NCBI RefSeq assembly: GCF_006345805.1
Contig: NW_021826588.1
Location: 1 to 12,193 of the forward strand
Source of the DNA: Octopus sinensis
Taxonomy: Eukaryota
DNA length: 12,193 nt
Direction: 5' to 3'
Every line of letters begins with the position of its first letter. Position 1 is the stretch's first letter. Shown here in pieces: positions 1-8,008 of the stretch. The notes beneath the pieces were generated by a model, which saw only the letters and a program-made list of their open reading frames with translations, made no database searches and was not told where the DNA came from. The position numbers were made by a program, and so were the translations under genes.

Positions 1-63
1 TATATATATATATATATATCTATATACATATATATATGTACATACATATATATATATACATAT
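1..63. repeat. (TA)n/(TACA)n microsatellite
   Basis: Directly visible TA and TACA repeats; runs off the left edge of the window. Confidence 0.95.
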
Positions 64-191
64 AATCCACTCACAAGGTTTGGTCGACCCGAAGTTATAG
101 AAGAGGTACTGCCTAGGGTGTTACGCATTGGGACTGAACCCGAACCATGTGATTGGTAAGCAAGCTACTTACCACACACCCATTCCTGCGG

Positions 192-193
<2 letters not shown>
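64..193 (-). mobile_element. 5' part of a tRNA-derived SINE with a CORE-like segment (family A)
   Basis: Minus strand reads AGCCGCAGGAATGGGTGTGTGGTAAGTAGCTTGCTTACCAATCACATGGTTCGGGTTCAGTCCCAATGCGTAACACCCTAGGCAGTACC... It has an A-box-like TGGGTGTGTGG, a B-box GGTTCAGTCCC (130-140) and a segment resembling the CORE motif (accttgggcaagt). Matches my recollection of an abundant octopus SINE head. Confidence 0.8.
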
Positions 194-243
<50 letters not shown>

Positions 244-303
244 GTAATGTATGTATGTATGTATGTATGTATGTTGTATGTATGTATGTATGTATGTATG
301 TAT
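193..303. repeat. (TA)n followed by (TATG)n
   Basis: Directly visible. Confidence 0.95.
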
Positions 304-408
304 TGGGAAAGTAAGAAAGAAGAGAGCGGAGAGAGGAGGGAATCTATACTGTTCCGTTAATGTAATATAAGAAATGTATTCCATCCAGTGACAGATAAAT
401 ATCATTAA

Positions 409-628
409 ATGTACATCATATGAAGTCAAAAACTACTAATAGTTTCTTGCTGAGAGGACACGTGGCTAGGTAGATTTTTATAACATACCTTGTATCGCCA
501 AACAATTTTTTAGGCTCTGAGCATCTCCTGAAGATTGTTTGGAGACAGAAAACACGTTATGAAAACCTGTCTAGCCACATGTCTCACAACAAGAGACTAT
601 GAGTAGCTCGTCTTCATATTATCTACAT
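409..628. repeat. Long imperfect inverted repeat (foldback/MITE-like or Penelope-like remnant)
   Basis: 409-514 aligns by hand to the reverse complement of 527-628 at about 79/106 positions (~75%), e.g. GACACGTGGCTAG vs GACATGTGGCTAG and CCAAACAAT in both. The 12-bp spacer overlaps the mini-palindrome GCTC-T-GAGC. Confidence 0.85.
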
Positions 629-634
629 CAAATT

Positions 635-767
635 ATGTATGTATGTATGTATGTATGTATGTATGTATGTATGTATGTATGTATGTAGTAGTATGTATGC
701 ATGTATGTATGTATTATGTTGTATGTATGTTAATATGTATGTATGCATGCATATATTTATGTATGTA
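635..767. repeat. Degenerate (TATG)n microsatellite
   Basis: Directly visible. Confidence 0.95.
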
Positions 768-805
768 TTGCAATAGAGCACAATTTATTTTTCCTCTTTC
801 CTATG

Positions 806-845
806 AAATAAGTACCAGTAACATGCTAGGATAAATTTGAGTGGA
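806..845 (+). mobile_element. Possible short fragment of SINE family B
   Basis: AAATAAGTACCAGT (806-819) matches the conserved AAATAAGTACCAGTTGAG motif in the copies at 3398-4817; flanks are poorly conserved. Confidence 0.3.
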
Positions 846-994
846 TAAAAGATCGTGAACACGTTCGCGTGTGCTTCAAGCTTAAACTTCAGTCAAGCTC
901 TGGAATCTGATTTATATTGTTGATGCCTTCGGATTTCTATTTTCTTTCGCCTAACACACTTATACGCACATACATATAACCTCCACTTAAACTC

Positions 995-1087
995 CCACTC
1001 TCTTTCTTTCTTTTCTATTTCTCCCTTTGTTTTTTTTTTCTCTATCTCTCCTCTTTTCCTTTCTCTTTCTCTCTTTTCTCCCTCTCA
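995..1087. repeat. CT-rich polypyrimidine low-complexity tract
   Basis: Almost exclusively C/T for ~90 bp. Confidence 0.85.
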
Positions 1088-1505
1088 CATACATACCTAA
1101 AGAGACTCGTATTCTTACCGCTAACATTTCATAGAGAAATTTTAGATTCGAATGATCGTCATGAACTTTGCAGGACACAGTTGTAATGATATGCGAAGTG
1201 AGAGTCACGGAGAAAAAAAAGTTTATTTGACAAATAGATATCAATAACAAACAACCTTAGAAAGGAATTCTGGATTTATGCATGAGCACGTTCAAATCCT
1301 TCGAGATATTTTAGAGCAGGTTTGTATGTTCAGAGACAACATCAAAAAGCAATTGAAAAAAGACACCAAAACCGTCTAACAATTATCTAGGACGATGGTA
1401 GTGATTGTAATGTTGGTGGTAATGGTGGGGATGGTTCTGCTGTTAACAGACATACTTTGTCAAGACATATTGGAGTACTACTGGCGTATCTGGTGCAGCA
1501 TTTCT

Positions 1506-1523
1506 GCACACACACATACATTC

Positions 1524-1572
<49 letters not shown>

Positions 1573-1620
1573 TACACACGCACATACACATTCGCACACA
1601 CTCGCGTGCACATACACATT
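1506..1620. repeat. Compound (CA)n-(TC)n-(CA)n microsatellite
   Basis: Directly visible; pure (TC)n at about 1528-1563. Confidence 0.95.
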
Positions 1621-1900
1621 ACAGAGCATGTCCTTATAACAAGGTTCCTTCTGTAGGGCCCAGACTATCAGTTTGCTGACAATTACTACGATGCTCCCGT
1701 GTGGCCCATATTAAAGTTCGCTCGATTTGTTATCTGAAGAAAGGTGACATTAAACTCAGAGAAATGAGCTTTTCAATTCGAATTTATATTCTATAACGCT
1801 CTACTGTATGTATTGAGCCCAGTCATTTATCACTTTTGGTGAATATATGTATACACACACACACTCACACACACACACACACACGCGTATATACTATAAT

Positions 1901-2100
1901 CTTTCAGATTATGGCCATGCCGGGGATACGCCTTTGAAAAGTCCAGTTGAACCTCAGAACTTATTCTTTTTATGCGTGGTACTTATAAAGAGCTGAACCG
2001 CTAAACTAAGGGAACGTAAACAAACCAGCACCATCACCACCACCAGCTATCAGACGAATGTGAGGACAGGCATAAAGATGCGCAAGCACGAACACATACA
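1901..2100 (-). mobile_element. Degenerate SINE 3' region (family C; probably the tail of the family A element)
   Basis: Homologous to 11073-11275 in this window: shared GCCATGC.GGG..A.CGCCTT, GTTGAAC, TGAACCGCT and ACGTAAA blocks in the same order, each followed by CA repeats. Strand and the link to family A rest on recollection of the octopus element. Confidence 0.65.
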
Positions 2101-2185
2101 CACATGTATCTCTCTCTCTCTCTCTATCTATCTATCTATTTAGTTATCACTATCTATCTATCTAGCTATCTAGCTATCAAGTTAA

Positions 2186-2245
<60 letters not shown>

Positions 2246-2292
2246 CTGTCTGTCTGTCTCTGTCTCTCTTTCTCTAGCTCTTCCTCTGTCTG
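2094..2292. repeat. Compound (TC)n/(TATC)n/(TGTC)n microsatellite
   Basis: Directly visible. Confidence 0.95.
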
Positions 2293-2782
2293 TAAACATA
2301 AATTCACCAATACATTACGACTAAACATGCCTATAGTCTATTCTGCTTGTCTTTTCATTTACACCAACGGGACTCTGTCTTTCAAACCCATTGCAAACTC
2401 TTCTTCAAACAAACCCATTCCATGCACTGTCTCACTCTTCTTCTTGTTATTCCTGTTTTGTACCTTAGTTTAAAGAAGCACTTTATCAAGTTATCTTTCC
2501 GATGCTACTTGACCCCATAAAAATAAATAAATAAATAAAACCCCTAAACCTCAGCAAACAAAGCTCTTCTTTTGTTTTTGATTTTACTTCCCCCCCCCCT
2601 CATCGGTTCCACAACCACCACCACCACCACCAATAACAACAAGGTTTTTCTTTTCTCTTCCCCTTTCACTCTCGCAAATATTCACGCAATGTTGTGCTCC
2701 CATATTTCATGTGAAAACAAGACTTATTACCGCGGCTCATCTTACACGAGTGCACCATGCCTACCATACTTTCAAGTATCTT

Positions 2783-2884
2783 AACCACCATCATCACCAC
2801 TATTGTCACTTGCCCACCGCTATCAACTATAACCACCCACCACCACCAACAACAACAACACCATCACTGCTGCTGCTGCTGCTT

Positions 2885-2943
<59 letters not shown>

Positions 2944-3020
2944 ACTGCACCTGCCACCGTTGCTGCAATTGCCACCACCACCACCACCATCGTCATCATC
3001 GTCGACAACAACACCAACAA
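2783..3020. repeat. Compound trinucleotide repeat (CAC/CAT/CAA/CTG/CTA)
   Basis: Directly visible; source of the poly-L/Y/H/C/S/V ORFs. Confidence 0.95.
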
Positions 3021-3070
3021 AAAGATTAACCACAATCAAAAGATCTGAAGTATGTTGTTATATAGATATA

Positions 3071-3240
3071 GCAGCGGTGCTAGAGGCGGTGGTGCTTGTT
3101 ATTAAGGTGTGTACATGTTAAGTAGTGATAATTGTAGTAGTGATAGTAGTAGATGGTGATGATGATGATGATAGGGGTGGCGGCTGTGATTAGATGTGCA
3201 CGTGTAATATAGCGGTGATGCTGGGGTGGAATGAGGGGGG
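3071..3240. repeat. Degenerate GTG/GTA/GAT trinucleotide tract
   Basis: Visible; opposite polarity to 2783-3020. Confidence 0.75.
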
Positions 3241-3397
3241 GAAAGAATGTCAACCGCAGTAAGTATTAAATAATAGTTTGAGGTCCATGAAAAATGAAAC
3301 AAAAGCTCTATAGACATATTTGGTTTGGCAAATGGGAGGTGTAGAGTTGGGCGTAAATGTATCGTTGTTGTCATTCTTCTTCTTCCACCTCTTATTA

Positions 3398-3522
3398 TTT
3401 ATACTGAGTTCAAATGTCATCGCGATCGACATTGCCTTCCATCCTTTCGGGAGTCTATAAAATAAATACCAGTTGAGTACTGGGGCCCAGTATAATCGAA
3501 AACACCCTCCCACAAAATTTGA
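3398..3522 (+). mobile_element. tRNA-derived SINE family B, copy 1 (5' truncated)
   Basis: B-box GAGTTCAAAT (3406-3415), then TTGCCTTCCATCCTTTCGGG...TAAAATAAATACCAGTTGAGTACTGGGG, shared with the other copies. Confidence 0.8.
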
Positions 3523-3529
3523 AATAATG

Positions 3530-3580
<51 letters not shown>
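3523..3580. repeat. (AAT)n microsatellite
   Basis: Directly visible. Confidence 0.97.
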
Positions 3581-3581
<1 letters not shown>

Positions 3582-3584
3582 AAA

Positions 3585-3733
3585 GCAGGGTAAACTGCTT
3601 GCAGGCGTTTCGTCCGTCTTTACGTTCTGAGTTGAAATTCCGCTGCCATCGACTCTGCCTTTTATCCTTTCAGTACCAACTTATCTCTTCTACTTAAAAT
3701 GCTGGCCTTTGGGCCAGTCTCAGAAGCCCATAT
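3585..3733 (+). mobile_element. SINE family B, copy 2 (internal deletion)
   Basis: TCCGTCTTTACGTTCTGAGTTGAAATTCCGC (3613-3643) is 29/31 identical to the reverse complement of 4071-4101. Confidence 0.8.
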
Positions 3734-3735
3734 TA

Positions 3736-3944
3736 AAGGCGACAGAGTGTCCGAAAAATAAGGCGGTACAGATAAAATGTCTGGTAGTATTCACTTCTGG
3801 CTCTTACATTCTTAGTTCAAATCCCGCCAACGTCAACTTTACTTTTCCTCCTTTCAAGAGCCTATAAAATAAAGTGCGAATTACATACTAAGATTGACAT
3901 TGCTGACAAACCGCCTCTCCCTAAAATTGAGGACCTACATTATT
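3736..3944 (+). mobile_element. SINE family B, copy 3 (near full length, diverged)
   Basis: AAGGCG start, TTACATTCTTAGTTCAAATCCCGCC B-box region (3814-3825), GTCAACTTT...CCTTTC...ATAAAATAAAGT and a CCCTAAAATT tail, all colinear with the other copies. Confidence 0.7.
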
Positions 3945-3945
3945 G

Positions 3946-4103
3946 CTTTTAAATTTTATCACACGGCCTGAAATTTTGGGGGTGGGAACTACTCAATTAC
4001 ATCGACATTCAGTGCTCAACTGGTACCTATTTTATCAACCTCGAAAGGATGAAAGGCAAAGTTCACCTCGGCGGAATTTGAACGCAGAACGTAAAGACGG
4101 ATG
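3946..4103 (-). mobile_element. SINE family B, copy 4 (5' truncated)
   Basis: Minus strand: TCCGTCTTTACGTTCTGCGTTCAAATTCCGCCGAGGTGAACTTTGCCTTTCATCCTTTCGAGGTTGATAAAATAGGTACCAGTTGAGCACTG. Confidence 0.85.
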
Positions 4104-4121
4104 TTGGCTCTAAATTATTGC

Positions 4122-4280
4122 TTAAAGTGTGAGATTTCGAGAATCATTATAACGTCCAAAAAAAAGAATGCCCTGGGTGTATTTTATTTTCCAGTTCTTT
4201 ACATTCTGAGTTCAAATTCCACCGAAGTGAAGACTGTTTTTCCTTTCGTTTTTAAAAATATAAATAATGGTTCAGTACTG
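4122..4280 (+). mobile_element. SINE family B, copy 5 (diverged)
   Basis: CTTTACATTCTGAGTTCAAATTCCACCGAAGTGA with the B-box at 4208-4220. Confidence 0.7.
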
Positions 4281-4298
4281 ATTGGTTTTTCCCTTTTG

Positions 4299-4365
4299 GA
4301 CCCAACAAGATTCGACTTCAAAATGTAAATGGCTGTAACTACATATCACAAAGCATTCTGTCGTT
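4299..4365 (-). mobile_element. Highly degenerate SINE family B head, copy 6
   Basis: GATTCGACTTCAAAATGTAAA resembles GAATTTGAACTCAGAACGTAAA, followed by AAAGCATTCTGTC as in copy 7. Confidence 0.4.
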
Positions 4366-4404
4366 CCTGCAATAAACATACAACACCAGTACCAATAATA
4401 ATAA

Positions 4405-4629
4405 TTCTTTTTAATTTTGGCACAAAGCCACCAATTTTGAGGGGAGGTTAAAGTCAAGTAGTCGGTCGGCCCCAGTACTTGATTGGTGCTTATTTTATCG
4501 ACCTCCAAAGAAAGACAAAAAAAGCAAAACCGACCACAGTAGAATTTGAACTCAGAACGTAAGGAATAGGAAGAAATACCGAAAAGCACTTTGCCCGGCG
4601 CAGTACCGATTCTGCTTGCCCACCGCCTT
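4405..4629 (-). mobile_element. SINE family B, copy 7 (apparently full length)
   Basis: Minus strand starts AAGGCGGTGGGCAAGCAGAATCGGTACTGCGCCGGGCAAAGTGC. The B-box GAGTTCAAATTC is at 4542-4553, followed by the GGTCGATAAAATAAGCACCA motif, and it ends GGCTTTGTGCCAAAATTAAAAAGAA into (ATT)n. Confidence 0.85.
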
Positions 4630-4646
4630 AACAACAATAATAATAA

Positions 4647-4817
4647 TCCATTCCGCTATAGGCACAAGGTCTGAAATTTTGGTGGAGGAGGCTAGTTGTC
4701 TACATCAACCCCAGCGCTCAACTGGTACTTATTTCATCGACTCCGAAAGTATAAAAGGCAAAGTTGACCTCTGTGGCATTTGAAATCAGAACTTAAAGAT
4801 GGACGAAATGCCGCTAA
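4647..4817 (-). mobile_element. SINE family B, copy 8 (5' truncated)
   Basis: Minus strand: TTAGCGGCATTTCGTCCATCTTTAAGTTCTGATTTCAAATGCCACAGAGGTCAACTTTGCCTTTTATACTTTCGGAGTCGATGAAATAAGTACCAGTTGAGCGCTGGGG..., ending into (ATT)n. Confidence 0.85.
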
Positions 4818-4830
4818 TAATTATTATTTA

Positions 4831-5105
4831 GGGATCTTTTGAGTGGGATGAGATACACGATCTGAAGAGAATTCTAACTGGGTCCCACCTGCAAGGTCAT
4901 GCGCTGTTTATCTTGATATGAGATCACCATGTCGCAACCATATGGTTGTGATGCATGTGCCTGGTGTACCCTTATCAGACGGGTAGTCATGATGGGTATA
5001 CTGGGCTTTGTAGAGTTGTTCCCCAGTATCACTTTGATGGCATGCGGTGCTCTCTCAATAATAATAATAATACTAATACTAATACTACTACTAATAATAA
5101 TAATA
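4831..5105 (+). mobile_element. Probable 5'-truncated 3' end of a non-LTR retrotransposon with a (TAA)n tail
   Basis: ~225 bp of complex, balanced-GC sequence ending GCTCTCTC and running directly into (AAT/ACT)n (5057-5105). The 5' flank is also TAATAATTATTATT. Resembles a recurring octopus repeat by recollection; no RT or endonuclease motif is present. Confidence 0.55.
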
Positions 5106-5404
5106 TCTTACATATGAATAAGCAATACATGTATGTGTGCGTAGGTGTAAACACACACATACAGATATACTGACACACACACACGCATTCACACACATAT
5201 CAACTGAGAATGAGTACTAGCCGATTGCTATAGCACCCCTCTCTCCCTTTAGTTGTCGCATCCTCGATATTTCATTGGAGCAAAAGTGAGAGAACGAAGT
5301 GGATGTCTATACCGTCTCACGATCAGACAGACACCTAAAACAATTACTAAAAGCATGGTACCACTTGCAATTCATACCCACAAGCAACATGCTTCTATTG
5401 CAGA

Positions 5405-5432
5405 TGTGTGTGTGTGCGCGTGTGCGTGCGTA

Positions 5433-5463
<31 letters not shown>

Positions 5464-5475
5464 GTGTATGTGTGT

Positions 5476-5513
<38 letters not shown>
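5405..5513. repeat. (TG)n microsatellite with CG/TA variants
   Basis: Directly visible. Confidence 0.97.
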
Positions 5514-5515
<2 letters not shown>

Positions 5516-6117
5516 ACGCACGATGACATGAAACCCTGAGTAACGTCAAATTAACGTATAGATTATATATAGAAACATTTATATATGTATATATATCTAT
5601 GTGTGTATATATAGAAAGAAAGAATTACACATTGGACTTTTGTTTGGATGTCTTACCCATCATGTGTATGCGCGTGAGAAAGAGGGATAAAGAGAAAAGG
5701 AAAGAAGGAGAGTGTCTGTGTGCGCGTGTGTGTACGTGCAGTGCATGCGTTTGTGTATGGCAGTGTACGTATTTTTAGAATCTTTGTAATAAGAGACATA
5801 CTGGTAAAGAAACAAGAATAAAATGTAAATAAATATTATTCAAAAGAAAGAAAGAAAAAAACGTCAACACAAAGCAAACAAAACAGAAGAAAACAATAGA
5901 ACACAATGCGAAAATCAAAAAAATAATAAATAAATAAAAAAGTAAGTAAGGTCTTGAAAGAAAAGAAAAAGTAGGTTAAATAGGGAACAGAATAAGAGGC
6001 GAAACTGATGTGGTGCGCCTGTCATGGTTGTTCCTTTGCAATCTTCATTCTTCACATAATTATAAATGTGCAACGTTGATATGTAGGACCTCTTCTAATT
6101 CAACGTAATGGTAACGG

Positions 6118-6144
6118 CGCTGCTACAGCTGCTACTGCTGTCGT

Positions 6145-6178
<34 letters not shown>

Positions 6179-6186
6179 CACTACTA

Positions 6187-6245
<59 letters not shown>

Positions 6246-6260
6246 GTTACTGTTACTGTT
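6118..6260. repeat. (CTA)n microsatellite with CTG head and CTGTTA tail
   Basis: Directly visible; source of the poly-T/V/S ORFs. Confidence 0.97.
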
Positions 6261-6636
6261 GTGATGGGAGTCAGTTCGACATTTTGCTTCAATTTTCTTT
6301 GATGGTTTCAAACAGAAAGGAGAATGAACATGCGATAAGAACACCGCGTGCAAAAACAGATAGAGAGTCATGTAGTCACATCGGCAAACAGTCAAACAGA
6401 CGATCAGTCTAGCAATTAAAAAAAAAAAAAAGACAATCTCTAAAAACCCAGCCCTATACTCAGCATTACTTCTGTTATAAAAGATGGTTGACTAAATAGA
6501 GGGCAAGATTAATTTCCTTTAGTATTTTCCTAGTATTGGCATGCAATAACATCATTAAAGCCTACAGTTTTGGCGATGGGAAATGGTACCGAGCTATAAT
6601 AATGAAGACTAGAAGAAATCTTATAACAGAGAATAC

Positions 6637-6878
6637 TGCCTGCCTGTCTGTCTGTATATATCTCTCTCTTTTTCTCTCTCTCTCGTTCTCTCTCTCACAT
6701 TCTTTTTTACACACGCACACAGACGCACGCACGCACACACGTACGCACGCACACACACACACAAACGCACGCATGCACGCACACAGACGCACGCACGCAC
6801 ACACGTACGCACGCACACACACACACAAACGCACGCATGCACGCACACACACACACACACACACACATACATACACAC
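6637..6878. repeat. Compound (CTGT)/(TC)/(CA, CGCA) microsatellite containing a perfect 64-bp tandem duplication
   Basis: 6721-6784 is identical to 6785-6848. Confidence 0.95.
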
Positions 6879-6959
6879 AATCTATGAGTATCGCCAGCTT
6901 AGTAACCTGGCTATGAACGCATTATAGAACCAGTGACAAGAACTAGTTTACCTTTTGCT

Positions 6960-7205
6960 TTTTTCCTTTTCCCCGAGCTCACGAAAATGGAGATTTTCAA
7001 AGCGTTTAACTAAGAAGTACAAGATTATCCCTGAACAAGACGCCAGTCTGTTAACCTTGGGTTCACGCCTAAGTGCGACTGGTAGACATTTCCAGCTGAG
7101 CGCACTGGAGAAACGCCATATGCTTTGCACAAGGTCACAACGTGTTGTCCAGTTCAAGCATCAGATCCACGATTTAACGATTGTGAACGCAAATCCCTAG
7201 CCTCC
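6960..7205 (-). mobile_element. Degenerate tRNA-derived CORE-like SINE
   Basis: Minus strand has a decayed tRNA-like head (GCTAGGGATTTGCGTTCACAATCGTTAAATCGTGG), a CORE-like GTTGTGACCTTGTGCAAAGCA, then CTCCAGTGCGCTCAGCTG and GACTGGCGTCTTGTTCAGGG. I recognise these motifs from CORE-type SINE bodies. Confidence 0.5.
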
Positions 7206-7244
7206 GTTTGGGTTTGATTATATATCAACATACACACACACACG

Positions 7245-7412
7245 TTCTCCATAGGTTCCTCTTCATCAACTTCTTTGGAAATGTTTTGAAATAAACATTG
7301 TCACGCGTTGGGAGGATTATTCTGCTAATTAAAATAACACACTGGTTGTAATTCACAAAGTTATTGTTAATTAGTTAATCAATTAATGATTGATTTGTCA
7401 AAATCTTTCACC
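7245..7412. mobile_element. Possible fragment of an unclassified AT-rich interspersed repeat
   Basis: Recollection of a recurring octopus repeat (TGAAATAAAC...GAGGATTATTCTGCTAATTA); there is no second copy in the window. Confidence 0.3.
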
Positions 7413-7457
7413 TCCCAACTGTCTAGCTGTCTATCTGCTTGTCTGCCTGCTTATAAG

Positions 7458-7642
7458 TATGTATGAACGTTTGCATGTATGTATGTATGTATGTATGTAT
7501 GTATGTATGTATGTATGTATGTATGTATGTATGTATGTATGTATGTATGTATGTATGATGTATGCATGTATGTATGTGTGTGTATGTTTGTACATGTGTT
7601 TGTGTGAGTGTATATGTATATATGAATGGATGGATGTATGCA
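7458..7642. repeat. (TATG)n microsatellite degenerating to TG/TA
   Basis: Directly visible. Confidence 0.95.
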
Positions 7643-8008
7643 TGATATTCCTTTGAGTTTTAAGTTGTATTTTTTTTTGAGAGAGTTCAAGCTAACTAAG
7701 CGACAAGACTTTTTTGAGTGAAGAGAGTTCCTGGTGTTTGTAAATGTGTGGTTGAGATGGTGTGTTCGTTGAGCTGTCGATGGATATACCCAAATGTATG
7801 CATTTATTGACATAAGAATTATTCATGGAGAACTTTTGGAATGTCTTACAAATCTCCGCTGTGTCACTGATTGGATTTCGAAAATCCACGTTAGTTTCTT
7901 TTGCTCTGTCTCCGTGAAACCGAGTATTTCTAACTTTTTGTACAATTTTTTTTTGGTACATCTAATGCACTTACGATGATAGATGCATATCAGAATTTAT
8001 AGTCTGGG

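Noticed and set aside
3398-4817. CRISPR-like or regular tandem array
   Set aside because: Repeats are 100-220 bp, diverged, irregularly spaced and in both orientations; there are no cas genes and the context is eukaryotic.
6948-7200. ORFs 6955-7200(+) and 6948-7157(-) as exons
   Set aside because: They overlap a degenerate SINE, give no recognisable protein, and lack paired splice sites.
7692-7961. Minus ORF with NKCIHLGISIDS, loosely like the RT 'kYLG' motif
   Set aside because: Only a few residues match and no upstream YADD-type motif is visible.
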